Positions 20,773 through 32,144 are shown, counted from the stretch's first letter. The stretch: 64,000 nucleotides of DNA from Nitrososphaeria archaeon (GCA_963752255.1 CAVVXT010000019.1:192001-256000), one strand, 5' to 3'. Numbers and translations are program-made. Notes: generated by a model from the letters alone, not told the origin.

Positions 20773-22418
20773 ATTACATGAGCACTTTGAGCACGGTTAA
20801 AAAAGAAATTTTGGGAACCCTTTATAGAGAGTATGGAGAGGAGAATGTGCTTGCTTCATGTATCTATGGATCATTTGCAGCGGGATACGCAAGAGCGGAC
20901 AGTGACTATGATGTAATAGTTGTGCTCAAAAATTACCTGCCTAAGATAGGATACAAGTATGTTAAGGAACCATTAGTATGCTCGATCCTCGCAATAGAGG
21001 AGCAGATGATTCTTGAAGACGCCAAAAAGTCCGGCCTAGGGGAATTTGTAGCAGGAAGGTTCCTTAACATATACGAGCCCCTTGCAGGAGAAGACCTTTT
21101 AAGAGAAATAGATGTAGAATACAAGAAAAGGACATTAATAGAAATCTTGATGGAATTCAACGGCAAATATCAACCTATAGTTGGAACAATCAGATTCCCT
21201 ATCGAATATTTTCTCTTTGAGAAGTTAAGAAGAAGAGCTCTCTTCTATCCCCCGGCTCTTTACAGTTACTCCAGAACATACAGCGAACCTAATCGGAAAA
21301 GAAACCTTGAATTCACTTTATCCGGGTTCAGAGAAGCCGCCGTAGAAATTGCCAGCGAAAATAAGAGCGTGTGCTTTAACGAAGACAGACTTTGGATAGC
21401 TGATGTTAAAACATTTAGCAAGATTGGTAAGCTAGAAGCCGTCGTCGAAGAAACAAGACGGGACATCACATCATACGCTACACACCTCTATGCGGGAAGG
21501 GTGGGGCTAAACATAATACTTGATGAGCTCAAATCCAAGATAAAAAGACAGATGAAGCTTGAGCCCTTAGAAGATCTTAAACATACGTCAAAATACTTGG
21601 AGCTTCCAGAAGGAAGCCTTATAGTCAATGAAAAACACTGGAGGGCTAAGATAGCAGAATATTTATGTATTTCAGGAGGTTACACCTGCAAATCACAAAA
21701 TTTAGGTAGTGACGAGCTGCACAAAATAGTTAACGTAGCAAGAAAGTTGGTGTTCGAGAAGGATGGGGTGAGATATGAAGTAATCGTTAAAAAGTTTAAG
21801 GACCCACGGAACATAAAATGGGCGATTCTGGCGCTGGTTACGCTAATGGATAGACGCTTTGAATTTGTACCTTTAAAGAGACTAGCTAACGAGTATCTTA
21901 TGAATTTAGCTTTCCAGGAAGCAGGCTTTAATACACCCAAAGTTTACCTCTTAGATCTTGACAGATTACAGCTTATCACAGAATACATCGAAGGAGAAAA
22001 TTTGGGCAGTGTTCTCCAAAAAGAAGAAAGGGTGAAGGTTATGGAACAGGTTGGGGAAGAAATCGGTAAAATACACGAGAAAGGATTTACTCTCGGTGAC
22101 GCTAAACCGGATAACATAATATGTACAAAGCGGGGTCTTTTTATAACAGACCTTGAGCAGGCCAAAATTGGTGGGGACAGGACATGGGATATAGCAGAAT
22201 TCCTAAACTACGCCCTATCGTTCTCATTTGATAGAGAAAAAGCGAAGGTCATGGCATGCTCCTTCGCTAGAGGCTACATCAAATTTGGCGATGTTAAAAT
22301 TCTTGAAAAGATTAAGGAACCAAAATATAACCTAATCTTTAGGCCTATAGTTGCACCGAACGTTTCCAAAATGATAGATTCAGGCATTGAAGAAGTAATA
22401 GGGGAATTTAAGCTTTAA
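20769..22418 (+). CDS. Nucleotidyltransferase (Pol-beta/MNT) fused to a Bud32/Kdo-like kinase
   Basis: [17 protein letters not shown]; kinase motifs [32 protein letters not shown]. Confidence 0.8.
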   Translation: MNYMSTLSTVKKEILGTLYREYGEENVLASCIYGSFAAGYARADSDYDVIVVLKNYLPKIGYKYVKEPLVCSILAIEEQMILEDAKKSGLGEFVAGRFLNIYEPLAGEDLLREIDVEYKKRTLIEILMEFNGKYQPIVGTIRFPIEYFLFEKLRRRALFYPPALYSYSRTYSEPNRKRNLEFTLSGFREAAVEIASENKSVCFNEDRLWIADVKTFSKIGKLEAVVEETRRDITSYATHLYAGRVGLNIILDELKSKIKRQMKLEPLEDLKHTSKYLELPEGSLIVNEKHWRAKIAEYLCISGGYTCKSQNLGSDELHKIVNVARKLVFEKDGVRYEVIVKKFKDPRNIKWAILALVTLMDRRFEFVPLKRLANEYLMNLAFQEAGFNTPKVYLLDLDRLQLITEYIEGENLGSVLQKEERVKVMEQVGEEIGKIHEKGFTLGDAKPDNIICTKRGLFITDLEQAKIGGDRTWDIAEFLNYALSFSFDREKAKVMACSFARGYIKFGDVKILEKIKEPKYNLIFRPIVAPNVSKMIDSGIEEVIGEFKL

Positions 22419-22587
22419 ACTTTGTGTAACCACATCTTCCACATGTGAACCTATCTTTGTGCTCGGCCAAGAAAACACCGTGTCCACATTTTGGACAATC
22501 TGTTCTTTTAGATGTAATCTTACCTTCCTCAACCTTGTATAGCTTCCAGACACCATTTGAACGCTTGTCTGGACTCTTTTTGCTCAC
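22408..22587 (-). CDS. rps27ae: Ribosomal protein eS31 (S27ae), not in ORF track
   Basis: Translated by hand: ..[40 protein letters not shown]. Confidence 0.95.
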   Translation of the reverse strand: MSKKSPDKRSNGVWKLYKVEEGKITSKRTDCPKCGHGVFLAEHKDRFTCGRCGYTKFKA

Positions 22588-22589
22588 GG

Positions 22590-22949
22590 TTACTTACCTC
22601 CTTTCGCGGCAGCCTGTTTCTTCTCAGACTTCTTGCTAGCACGTCCTTTGTTGATCTTGTCACGTTCCTCTTTGCTTAGCATTCGAACAAAAAAATGTTT
22701 TGGAAGCTGTTTCTTCGCATCATCCAGATTCTTATAGATAAAAGCGTGAACGACTGCGTCGCGATTACCAGATGAAGTCTGAATATTAACAGGAAATACG
22801 AACTTTTCTTCGACACCAAACTCTTTTGCTAGCATTTCAGAAGCTTTTTTCCTGCTCAGCGTTGAAGCTGCATCCTTAACTACTGCTGATACTTCAGTGC
22901 GTCCCAGAAGAGGGTTTTCAATTTTGCTGATTAGTCCTAGTTCAGACAT
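22590..22949 (-). CDS. rps24e: Ribosomal protein eS24
   Basis: [10 protein letters not shown]; synteny with rps27ae. Confidence 0.9.
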   Translation of the reverse strand: MSELGLISKIENPLLGRTEVSAVVKDAASTLSRKKASEMLAKEFGVEEKFVFPVNIQTSSGNRDAVVHAFIYKNLDDAKKQLPKHFFVRMLSKEERDKINKGRASKKSEKKQAAAKGGK

Positions 22950-22994
22950 AATCGTCTGACAGGAGGGTTGCAACAGGAGGTAAATTAAGCTTTT

Positions 22995-23513
22995 TTACGG
23001 CGTGTCAAGCTTGATCATTAAGTCAAAGATTTCCTGGCAATATGATTTAATGTTGTTTTCGACTTTGACCAAGACCAAGCCTTCCTGAGGCTGCCCATAG
23101 AATACGCAAGAATTCGCAGGAGACGCTATTATGGCTACAAGAGCTAACAAGTCTTCCTCGCCATCAATAATTAAACGAACAGGCTTCGTTGAAGAAAGAG
23201 CTTTAGTAAAGGCGCTGATACTTTCCTGAGAGATTGTACCACGGGGATTCTTCACATTTAACGTAGTCAAGTGGGCTGCTTTAGGCAGTGCGCGTGCGAC
23301 CCTTCTTTCCCTTGAGTCGACGATCTGAATATCAGGAGTTACGTTTATTGATAAAAGAAAGTCTAAAGTAGCGTCTCCGACAGAAACGATAAGCCCACAC
23401 TCTGGAAGATTTAACGCAACCGCTGAAGCCTTATTGTCATCGTTTTGGATAAGTCTACCTAAGGGTGCCTTCAGTTTCTTAGAAATTTCTTCTGTTAGGA
23501 GCCAAATGAGCAC
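22995..23513 (-). CDS. GTP-dependent dephospho-CoA kinase (DUF359)
   Basis: SVGD, IVD..RR, NPRGTI, DGEEDLLAL, YGQP..G. Confidence 0.9.
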   Translation of the reverse strand: MLIWLLTEEISKKLKAPLGRLIQNDDNKASAVALNLPECGLIVSVGDATLDFLLSINVTPDIQIVDSRERRVARALPKAAHLTTLNVKNPRGTISQESISAFTKALSSTKPVRLIIDGEEDLLALVAIIASPANSCVFYGQPQEGLVLVKVENNIKSYCQEIFDLMIKLDTP

Positions 23514-23515
23514 AA

Positions 23516-23704
23516 TTAACTCACTTCTATAGCGTACCTGCCTTTAGCCTTAAGATTCAGCATTTGTGCGACTTTAGATTTTTCGGGATCCAGTACTATA
23601 ATCAGCCCTGACCACCTAGAAGAAAGATCGGTGGAATTGCACACGGGACAAATTTTACCTGATGTTAACGCCTTACATTTTCTACAAGCAAATTCTTTTG
23701 GCAT
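23516..23704 (-). CDS. spt4: Transcription elongation factor Spt4
   Basis: ACRKC..CPVC..WSGLIIVLDPEKS..GRYA. Confidence 0.95.
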   Translation of the reverse strand: MPKEFACRKCKALTSGKICPVCNSTDLSSRWSGLIIVLDPEKSKVAQMLNLKAKGRYAIEVS

Positions 23705-23708
23705 CTGT

Positions 23709-24272
23709 TCACACTTCTGTCTTTGCCGCCTTCTTTACGTCATCTTCAATCCATTCTAGAGCACCAAGATACTGCTGTCTACAGGTAATGCCTATCTTAC
23801 CTATTGACTCTCCGCGCGCCAAACTTATTGCGGTAATTCTTGCGCGGATTTTTGAGCCAACCTTCAGAACGCGCTTAGTTTGGGAAGCTGTTATTACACC
23901 TCTTTTGGTGTCGCTTGTCACGTAATCGTCTATTATCTGAGATATGTGTAAAAGAGAATCCGTAGGACCGATCCTGACAAAGGCGCCAAAGTCTGTAACT
24001 TCAACAACTTCACCTTCTACAACTTCTTGAATCTTAGGGTAGAATGTTAAAACATTGAACATAACGTGATGGAAAGATGCGCCATCACCTGGGACGACCT
24101 TCCCAACTAGGTCAGGTTTAACATCGCTGAGCCAGATTATGTATCCAAGCTCAGGGATAATCATACTTTCATACTTCTTCTTTAGGATATCTTGCGTAAT
24201 CTCCTTTAGCTCCCTGCCGAACTGGTCAGGTGGTATCCTCACAACATCTTGGAGCTCAACTTTCATGAACAA
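23709..24272 (-). CDS. rpo7: RNA polymerase subunit Rpo7 (E')
   Basis: DVVRIPP, PGDGA, S1 domain FGAFVRIGP. Confidence 0.95.
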   Translation of the reverse strand: MFMKVELQDVVRIPPDQFGRELKEITQDILKKKYESMIIPELGYIIWLSDVKPDLVGKVVPGDGASFHHVMFNVLTFYPKIQEVVEGEVVEVTDFGAFVRIGPTDSLLHISQIIDDYVTSDTKRGVITASQTKRVLKVGSKIRARITAISLARGESIGKIGITCRQQYLGALEWIEDDVKKAAKTEV

Positions 24273-24359
24273 TTCTTGATCACCTAAATCTGACGCCCAC
24301 GCACCACATCATAGAATATGTTATTAATTTTTCCAAATTTTCACTCAAAAAGCTATACT

Positions 24360-24740
24360 TTAGCATAAGATTAACTTATCATTAGAGAGGGTTACGCATT
24401 TAAGGTTTTCCCTCATAAGCCTTTTTTTTAGACCATAGTCCAAGGTCGCTATAAACGTGCTTTCTTTACCTCTCGCGTAAGAAATTATTTTATCATCTAC
24501 CGAGCCTTCTTTAGAGACTTCGATAACCTTCATATGAGATTTGACGATCTCAAGTGATAAGGCTGCGATCTTAGATTTCTTAACATGTTTAGAGTGTGAA
24601 ATACGAATAAGTTCGTCTATAACGCAAGAAGGGACTTCTAAGACGGCAGGGCTCAAGACCTTGTAAACACTCTCTATAATATTGGATGGTTTTTCTACCA
24701 GCATCATAAGAAAGTTGGTATCTAAAACAACTTCATTCAA
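24360..24740 (-). CDS. PIN-domain nuclease (Fcf1/Utp24-like)
   Basis: VLDTNFL, VIDEL, VDD.I, IATLD; conserved position after eIF2-gamma. Confidence 0.85.
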   Translation of the reverse strand: MNEVVLDTNFLMMLVEKPSNIIESVYKVLSPAVLEVPSCVIDELIRISHSKHVKKSKIAALSLEIVKSHMKVIEVSKEGSVDDKIISYARGKESTFIATLDYGLKKRLMRENLKCVTLSNDKLILC

Positions 24741-24750
24741 TCCATCCAGC

Positions 24751-25980
24751 CTACTGAATTATGCCTGAACCTATAAGCCGCCACCTATCACCGATTTTTC
24801 TGGCGATGGCTACACGAACTCCGGGTTGAGCTGCTACAGGGCGGCGAAGCTTAATTTCAACCCTGTCGGATAACGAAGACGACACCACACCCACTGTAAC
24901 AGCCGTCCAGACATTAAGCCTAAGAACCTCATTATTTGAGACCTTTTCCACTGGAACATCTTCGGTAAGACCAACAACCTTCTTGAAGAGATTTAACTTG
25001 AGAGAAAAAGAATCGTACACTGGAGGAATGCTATCAACAGAGCTAACAACTGACCCTACAAGAGAATCGCTCTTTGTCAAAGACGGATCAAGATGCGTTC
25101 CTAGTGCGACTAGACCACCACTCGTAACATAGTCCACAATCCCCGCGCTTGTGCTCAATGACGATATTGTAGTGTTCAATTGAATATACTTGTTCTTCTC
25201 CTTATCTAGGATTCCTGGAAGTATGGCAATTTCATCGCTGGTTTTGAACCTTCCTTGAATAAGTGAGCCGCCTAAGACGCCGCCTTTAAGATCCATGAAA
25301 TCAACGCCGGGCCTGTTTACATCGAAGGAGCGAAGAACCTGCATAAGGGAGGAGGCGTTGACATCCTTCTTTGGCGTGGGAATATTCTTTTCCATGGCTT
25401 CAATTAAGGCGTCAATATTCAGCTTGTACGCTGCGGATACAGGAATTATCGGAGCATTCTCAGCAATAGTTCCTTTCACGAAATTCCTTATCGCTTTATA
25501 ATTGTCCTTGGCTTCAGAGTCAGTTAAAAGATCCACCTTATTTTGTACGATCACAATATTCTTCTTTCCTAACATGTCTAGAGCTGCCAAATGTTCTGCT
25601 GTCTGAGGCTGTGGAACCTTTTCGTTAGCAGCTATCACAAGAAGAGAACCATCCATTAACGCAGCACCGGAAAGCATGTTAGCCATAAGGCTTTCGTGGC
25701 CAGGGCAGTCAACAAAACTTATTACTCTAGCAAGCTCTGCTTCAGAATTACATACCGGACAGACCGGGGCAATGTTATAGTTTGCTGGAGGTTTACATTT
25801 AGGACAACGATAGATCGCCGCATCAGCATACCCTACTCGTATTGTGATCCCGCGCTTTAACTCTTCACTATGAGTACTGGCCCACTTGCCGGTTAAAGCT
25901 TGCACCAAGGTTGTTTTACCGTGGTCGACATGCCCAGCGGTACCAATATTAACTTCAGGTTGCCGTGGGATCTTGTACAA
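24751..25980 (-). CDS. eif2g: Translation initiation factor aIF2 gamma
   Basis: GHVDHGKTT, RGITI, DCPGH, NKVD, WRLIG. Confidence 0.97.
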   Translation of the reverse strand: MYKIPRQPEVNIGTAGHVDHGKTTLVQALTGKWASTHSEELKRGITIRVGYADAAIYRCPKCKPPANYNIAPVCPVCNSEAELARVISFVDCPGHESLMANMLSGAALMDGSLLVIAANEKVPQPQTAEHLAALDMLGKKNIVIVQNKVDLLTDSEAKDNYKAIRNFVKGTIAENAPIIPVSAAYKLNIDALIEAMEKNIPTPKKDVNASSLMQVLRSFDVNRPGVDFMDLKGGVLGGSLIQGRFKTSDEIAILPGILDKEKNKYIQLNTTISSLSTSAGIVDYVTSGGLVALGTHLDPSLTKSDSLVGSVVSSVDSIPPVYDSFSLKLNLFKKVVGLTEDVPVEKVSNNEVLRLNVWTAVTVGVVSSSLSDRVEIKLRRPVAAQPGVRVAIARKIGDRWRLIGSGIIQ

Positions 25981-26012
25981 TGAATTCCACCCTAACTCTC
26001 TACTGCAGTGTC

Positions 26013-26417
26013 CTATGTTTTAGGTTCTTCCTTTTTAGGTTCTTCCTTTTTAGGTTCTTCCTTTTTAGGTTCTTCCTTTGATATGAGTAAGGCGTTTATC
26101 TGATAAATATCTTCGGTAATCGTGTTCCCTCTAACTAGCTTTCTTCTCCTTTCACCTTTCCTAGCATTCCTTAACCCTACACTCTTTGTAAGGAGTGCGT
26201 ATTTCTTTATACCCCCTGGTATATCATATCGCATGGGGAAGCCAGCTTTGTCAGAGCCGCCTGTTATCTTTATTTCTCCTTCCACACCCAATATCGAGCC
26301 ACTAACTACATCATTTATTTTTAAGCCGATGAAGGCTGCGGCTTGTCTATCCTTAACTTCGTAGACAGTAGACTTTCCTAATTTAACATCAGAAAGCACT
26401 ATCTTGTAATTGGCCAA
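26013..26417 (-). CDS. rps6e: Ribosomal protein eS6
   Basis: KITGGSDKAGFPM, GERRRKLVRGN. Confidence 0.96.
   Translation of the reverse strand: MANYKIVLSDVKLGKSTVYEVKDRQAAAFIGLKINDVVSGSILGVEGEIKITGGSDKAGFPMRYDIPGGIKKYALLTKSVGLRNARKGERRRKLVRGNTITEDIYQINALLISKEEPKKEEPKKEEPKKEEPKT
26019..26078. repeat. Four perfect 15-bp tandem repeats encoding (KEEPK)4
   Basis: TTTAGGTTCTTCCTT x4. Confidence 0.95.
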
Positions 26418-26476
26418 TTTTGTCGCTCACTGCACAAAGCAGAACAGAGCTATGTTATAAATTTAAGAAAACGAAG

Positions 26477-28261
26477 TTACAGGAATATGAATGAAGGATC
26501 CTTAGGCTTTTTTATCTTTAAAATCTCATCAAAGATCTTCTTTTCATCGTCATCTAGTCTTTCAAAATATTTTTCCTTCAAAATCTTAAAATCGTTATAT
26601 GAAGGAGAAGAGTATATAACATCTCCTTCGTCAAAGCTTCTTCCGACGACCGCTTCCTTAATCGATACAGCAACCTGATTGCCCCTGTAAGCCATAGTAA
26701 TACTCTTTCCCTTATCCTCTATGCTGCTGATGGTTCCAACGACTTCGCCATCATTCTTCATCATTCTATACTTCTGCTTTAGCCTGCCCCCAAGAACTTC
26801 GACACCGAATATAGCCGGATTACTTCGTCTAAAGATGAAGCCCTTCATTACCTGAAGCTTACATGGCAATATCAGTGAACCGAACTCCATTGATTCAATT
26901 CTCTGGCGCTCACTTTCAACCCAGTACAGGTATCCCCCAATGATGTTAAATATTACTGGATCATTAAATAATTTAACCTTCTTAGCCTCTAAAAGCTCTT
27001 CAGCATCAGGATAAATCTTAACATGAAAGGAGAGTATGACGCCCAAGAAAGGGTCTTTCTCCGCGACCGTTATCGCTTCTATCACATCTCTTCTTGAGAT
27101 AGGCCCTATGTCAGCCAGACGTATTGGAACATTATTCTTCTTAAGAGAATTAACTATAGCTTCTAAAGAACCTAGAGCGTCAGCCTTAACGATTAATCCC
27201 AGTTCGTCCTTGGAGAACAGAAGACCTTTAACTTCGCCCTCAATCTGGGACCTCACTACTTCAAATTTTGAAACATCATCGAATCCGAGGAACCTCGAAC
27301 CAGGAAGAACGCCATCAAGTTCAGGTGAAACAAGTTTGACACCAGCTGCCGCGTAGACTTCTTCAACGTGTGAGAATTTGTCTGTCGGATCCCTCATTTC
27401 GTCAAGAGGCTTGGGCATAAGAATAGCTCGAACCTTCACAGTAGAGGCGCCTTCCTTCTTCATCATTGCAAGCATGTCGCCAACTCTTAATACACCGTCG
27501 ATAAGTATGACATCTGCCGAGACTCCTAATCCTACCTCTTCTTTGACTTCAAGGATTATGCCAGAAGGTGAACCTAGTTCAAATGTAAGATTAGCCATCA
27601 TAAACTGTTGGGTCAAACCCACAATAATCGATAGAAGCTCCGGAATACCTTCACCAGTTTTGGCACTTGTAGGAACAATTGCAACCTCCTTAGTGAAGCT
27701 TTTAACTCTGGAGTAAAGCTCCGATCTAAAACCTAGTCTTGAGAGACTGCCTACAACTGTATAGAGCTGATGGTCTAAGATTTCTATAACAGACTCAGGC
27801 TGATGTTTAAGAGATTCGGTTACAAACGAATTTAAACCAGGCTTCCATCCGCTGATCGTGTCAACTTTATTTAAAGCTATAACGAAAGGTACACGCCTCT
27901 GTTTTAGAATCTCTAAACTTTCAACTGTCTGAGCTTCAACACCCTTCATGACATCTGTCACTATTATCGAAAAATCTGCGGCAGAGCCACCACGAATCCT
28001 AAGGTTGGAAAACACTTCATGACCTGGGGTGTCGATGACTAGCACGCCGGGGACCTTGATGTCTCCACCAACCTTAGATAGGAGAGGGCCACAGATTTCC
28101 ATGAGAGTCTCCTTTGGAAAGATACTGGCGCCGATGTGCTGAGTTATTCCCCCACTTTCCCTAGCCTGGACTGCCGTTTTCCTGATCTTATCCAGTAGAG
28201 ATGTCTTACCTGAGTCAACATGCCCCAAGACAACAACTATAGGCTGTCTATATCTTATCAC
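26477..28261 (-). CDS. infB: Translation initiation factor aIF5B (IF-2)
   Basis: RQPIVVVLGHVDSGKT, GGITQHIGA, DTPGHE, KADALGSLEA. Confidence 0.97.
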   Translation of the reverse strand: MIRYRQPIVVVLGHVDSGKTSLLDKIRKTAVQARESGGITQHIGASIFPKETLMEICGPLLSKVGGDIKVPGVLVIDTPGHEVFSNLRIRGGSAADFSIIVTDVMKGVEAQTVESLEILKQRRVPFVIALNKVDTISGWKPGLNSFVTESLKHQPESVIEILDHQLYTVVGSLSRLGFRSELYSRVKSFTKEVAIVPTSAKTGEGIPELLSIIVGLTQQFMMANLTFELGSPSGIILEVKEEVGLGVSADVILIDGVLRVGDMLAMMKKEGASTVKVRAILMPKPLDEMRDPTDKFSHVEEVYAAAGVKLVSPELDGVLPGSRFLGFDDVSKFEVVRSQIEGEVKGLLFSKDELGLIVKADALGSLEAIVNSLKKNNVPIRLADIGPISRRDVIEAITVAEKDPFLGVILSFHVKIYPDAEELLEAKKVKLFNDPVIFNIIGGYLYWVESERQRIESMEFGSLILPCKLQVMKGFIFRRSNPAIFGVEVLGGRLKQKYRMMKNDGEVVGTISSIEDKGKSITMAYRGNQVAVSIKEAVVGRSFDEGDVIYSSPSYNDFKILKEKYFERLDDDEKKIFDEILKIKKPKDPSFIFL

Positions 28262-28439
28262 TTTTAACTCACCTCAGCACATATTTAAGAGAAGTCTAAC
28301 CGGTGCCCCCTAATCAGACTATCAGAAAGGGGGGAATAAATCCGTTTACTGAAAAATGTCCTTTTATTTGCCTTCTACGGCCGTATCTGCAGACATTAAA
28401 TGTTAACGATGACTGCCTAAATCACGCCTGAGAAGAGTT

Positions 28440-28637
28440 CTATTTCTTCTGAGTAAGACGTTTAGGATGCTTTTCAGTCCATTTCAGCTTTCTAGGATCT
28501 CTTTTTAATTTGAGCATGCTCTTTCTGCATTTAGATGAGCAGAACCATAACATTGAACCATCGTTTCTAACATATGCAGTGCCTAAACCAGGAAGTATTT
28601 CTCCACCGCAAAAAGAGCATCTTTTCTGAGACGACAT
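28440..28637 (-). CDS. rpl24e: Ribosomal protein eL24
   Basis: CSFCG..PG.G..VRNDG..FCSSKC. Confidence 0.96.
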   Translation of the reverse strand: MSSQKRCSFCGGEILPGLGTAYVRNDGSMLWFCSSKCRKSMLKLKRDPRKLKWTEKHPKRLTQKK

Positions 28638-28642
28638 AATTA

Positions 28643-28861
28643 TTACCTTATCTTCTTAGCTTCAAGCTCAGTGTCTCTCAATGTTATAATATCCCCAAGC
28701 CTAACGGGGCCTTTAACGTTGCGTGTAAGTATCCTGTTCTTGTCTCTTCCTTCTAGAACCTTAGCTCTGACCTGTGTAACTTCTCCGGCAACACCAGTCC
28801 GCCCAATAACCTGCACTATTTCGGCTGGTGTCGGCTTTTCTTCACCCTTCGACGATGACAT
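28643..28861 (-). CDS. rps28e: Ribosomal protein eS28
   Basis: [23 protein letters not shown]. Confidence 0.96.
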   Translation of the reverse strand: MSSSKGEEKPTPAEIVQVIGRTGVAGEVTQVRAKVLEGRDKNRILTRNVKGPVRLGDIITLRDTELEAKKIR

Positions 28862-28871
28862 CTATAACACC

Positions 28872-29282
28872 CTACTTTGGAGACTGTATTTTAGCTATAG
28901 ATTTTATAAGATCTTCGAATACCGATGCCGCATCACCGGGTTCAACGATACATGCGGAGGCGGAAGCAACGTCTATACCTATGGATGCGCCGAGTTGATT
29001 TTTACTTGTTACAAACACGTACGGAATCTTCTTTTCTTCGCACAGTATTGGAAGATGCGCAACAATTTCTGGGGGATCAACATCTTCAGCTATTACTACA
29101 AGCTTTGCGATACCGCGTTCAATTACCTTTGTAACTTCGTTAGTGCCCTTCTTTATCTTGCCAGACTCCGAAGCTCTCTTCATAACTTCATATACAGAGT
29201 CCACAGTCTCCTTAGGAGTTTCAAATTTAACGTAATACGCCTTCTTACCGGACTCATCCCTTTTTTCCGACATAGTCATCAA
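28872..29282 (-). CDS. rpl7ae: Ribosomal protein L7Ae (eL8)
   Basis: [27 protein letters not shown]. Confidence 0.96.
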   Translation of the reverse strand: MMTMSEKRDESGKKAYYVKFETPKETVDSVYEVMKRASESGKIKKGTNEVTKVIERGIAKLVVIAEDVDPPEIVAHLPILCEEKKIPYVFVTSKNQLGASIGIDVASASACIVEPGDAASVFEDLIKSIAKIQSPK

Positions 29283-29390
29283 GTCCGTAGAACCTCAATT
29301 TTGGTATGATATAAATCTAACCTTAAACTATTTCATTTTATCATCTGGTGAAAAGGAACATTAGCACCTTAATGCCCGAATATTGGTTAA

Positions 29391-31140
29391 CTACTTAGAA
29401 GAGAAGTAAAGTGTAACGATACTTTTTTCTTTAGAGTCGATTCTAGCAAATCCCTCACGTTCCAGTTGAACAATAGTGTTTACAGGTTCGTCGAACAGAC
29501 CTTTCTCTCCAAAACCTTCGAGAACTTGTCCATTCTGGTCTATTAACCTGACTCTAACGTTATTGTCTACAGGGACCCAATGTATGAGGGGAGCGCTGAC
29601 ACTCCTTGCAGCATCCATTCCATAGCTATGTATAACGCCCTCAAGATGACCTTCTAGTGTTTTGAGGTCGGAGACGTTTGCGAAACCCATAAGCCTGAAG
29701 AAGGGGTGAGCTTGGATCTTCTCTAAGTCATCCTTCCTGATGTAAACCTTTAGAATGCCATCTTCTACAGGATTTAAAACTATCTTCCTGTAACCCATAG
29801 ATTCAACCTCAGGATGTTTTTTCAGAGAGATTTCCTTAATACCTGCGAGACCTTTAACTGAAAGAACAATAGGATTTATCACAACAAAGTATCTTGGAGA
29901 GGAATTATCAATTATCTTCTTGTTTATAGAATAGAGCGTCGCCCAACTTATGGTAGCATCAATAGGTCTTATGCCCACCTCATAGATTATTGTTCTTATG
30001 GTTTTAGGTAGAACACCACGTTTTCTAAGGGCTTGGAACGTTGCAAGGCGGGGATCGTCAAAGCCGGTGTAAAGCCCGTTCGCAATACCCTGCATTATCT
30101 TTGACTTACTAAGAACGCCTCCTTCGATCTTCAGTCGGCCATAGTGTATGGCTGTAGGATAAACCCACCCCAGGTGTTCGTACATGTACCTTTGTCGAAC
30201 CATATTAGTATAGTGCTCCTTACCTCGTATTATGTGAGTTATTCCCATAAGGTGGTCGTCGAGGCCTGAAGCCAGGTTATAAAGAGGCCAGACACGGAAC
30301 TTTGCACCTATACGGGGGTGAGGATACTTCTTTGTGTCAATGATTCGTAGGGCAGGCCAATCTCTTACAGCAGGGTTTGGATGATCCATGTCTGTTTTGA
30401 TTCTGAGTACGGCTTTACCCTCTTTGTAGGTGCCATCTAGGCATTTTATTGAAACGTTCGATATGCTCTTTGGGTGATAAGCTTCTACATGGACAAGGCT
30501 TCTTCTTTATAAGTTTCCTCCTGAAACTGTCAACTTCACATGTACATACATAGGCGCCTCCAATTTCTATAAGCCTGCGTGCGTAATCATAGTATATGGG
30601 TAGACGATCACTTTGAATGTACTCTTCGTCCCACATACATTCTAACCACTTCAGGTCATCCTTTATCAAGTTGTAAAACTGCAGAGCAGCCTTCTTCAGG
30701 CGAGGATCTGTGTCCTCAAACCTCAGGATGAATTTTCCGGCGTACAATCTTGCATAATCGTGCGATAGGATGATTGCACGGGCTGACCCCAAGTGTAGGA
30801 CGGAATCAGGATTTGGGGCGAACCTTGTTACAATCTGTTTATACCTGTCCGCTTCAGGTAAAGGAGGTAACCCCTTCTCTTTATGCTGAGGGCGAACGGC
30901 CTCCTTTACAATATTGTACTTTAAGACAACTTCTTTCTGTTCCTCTAAGCTCATCTGGTTCACCTGCTTTGATACATCATTTACAAGTCGAATAACTACC
31001 TTAACATTTTCCTTTAGCGAAGGCCTTTCAGCGAGAACCTTTCCGAGAACAGCTTGTGGGTTACATTTCCCCTCGTGTGCAACTGCGTTCACAAGAGAAT
31101 TTCTTTTAATCAGCTCTTCTAACTCTTCCCCCGAGGACAA
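29391..31140 (-). CDS. gltX: Glutamyl-tRNA synthetase (+1 frameshift near 30441)
   Basis: TRFAPNP..HLGS, LRFEDTDP, HIIRGKEH, LSKS; ATGCCTAGAT read as ATGCTAGAT joins the two ORFs. Confidence 0.93.
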
Positions 31141-31142
31141 AG

Positions 31143-32144
31143 TTACTTACTCCGCAAAGACGCTTCAGATGCCAAGTTTATCAGCATATCTCTTGCGTGA
31201 GATCTTCGGAAAATCTCTAGAATATTGATTGCTTTATCGGATAGTACTTTTGCTTCAGCCCTTATCATATCGGGAGCCTTAGATTTAGAAACAACAGAAA
31301 GAGCGTACTGTATCTCCTCCGCCGGTGCTGATCTATTGCCCAAGATAGAAAGCAGCTTACGTCTATCACTTTCAGGAGCGTTGTCAAGCACATAACGCAT
31401 GACAAGAGTCTTTTTTCCTTCGCGTATGTCGTTACCAACAGGTTTTCCGGTCAGAGACCTATCTCCCGTCACGCCCAGTACATCGTCTACCAGCTGAAAG
31501 CATAGGCCGTAGAGATAGCCAAATTCTTTCATTTTGCTCACTGAGCTATCATCAGCTCCTCCCAGAGTTGAACCGATGATAGAGCAAGCTTTAAACAAAG
31601 AAGACGTTTTAAGCGAAATTAAACGATAATATTCTTCTTTGGAGGGGAATTCATTAGAGTTGGCAAAATTTAGATCTAAAGCTTGACCTTCACAGACCTC
31701 CACAGACGCGTTTACAAGAGCATCGGAAACCTTTAAGATCTGTTGGGGTGAAAAATCGTTTGCCGCAAGTTTTAGCGCAGAATAAAAGGCTGTGGCAAAC
31801 AACAGGTCACCGGCAAGAATTGCCATTGGAACCCCATATTTTACGTGAACAGTTGGGGCACCTCTCCTTTCTTCATCATTATCCATTATGTCATCGTGAA
31901 CCAAGGTAAAATTGTGTAAGAATTCTATTGCAGAAGCAGCCGGAAGTATCTTCTCAAATGAACTACCAAACATGAGAGCCGAGTTTATAACAATAAAAGG
32001 TCTCTGCCTTTTGCCTCCCTGCAGAATAAGATATTTTGAAGCATTGTAGAGAGACTTTGGCTCTCTGTCAAAATATTTTGCGACATATTCGTCGATCTTC
32101 AAAGAAAAGTACTTCATTTCATCGTATAAGGACAATGAGTTCAC
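31143..32144 (-). CDS. Geranylgeranyl diphosphate synthase
   Basis: GGKRQRP, HDDIMD..RRG, FQLVDDVLG. Confidence 0.92.
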   Translation of the reverse strand: MNSLSLYDEMKYFSLKIDEYVAKYFDREPKSLYNASKYLILQGGKRQRPFIVINSALMFGSSFEKILPAASAIEFLHNFTLVHDDIMDNDEERRGAPTVHVKYGVPMAILAGDLLFATAFYSALKLAANDFSPQQILKVSDALVNASVEVCEGQALDLNFANSNEFPSKEEYYRLISLKTSSLFKACSIIGSTLGGADDSSVSKMKEFGYLYGLCFQLVDDVLGVTGDRSLTGKPVGNDIREGKKTLVMRYVLDNAPESDRRKLLSILGNRSAPAEEIQYALSVVSKSKAPDMIRAEAKVLSDKAINILEIFRRSHARDMLINLASEASLRSK

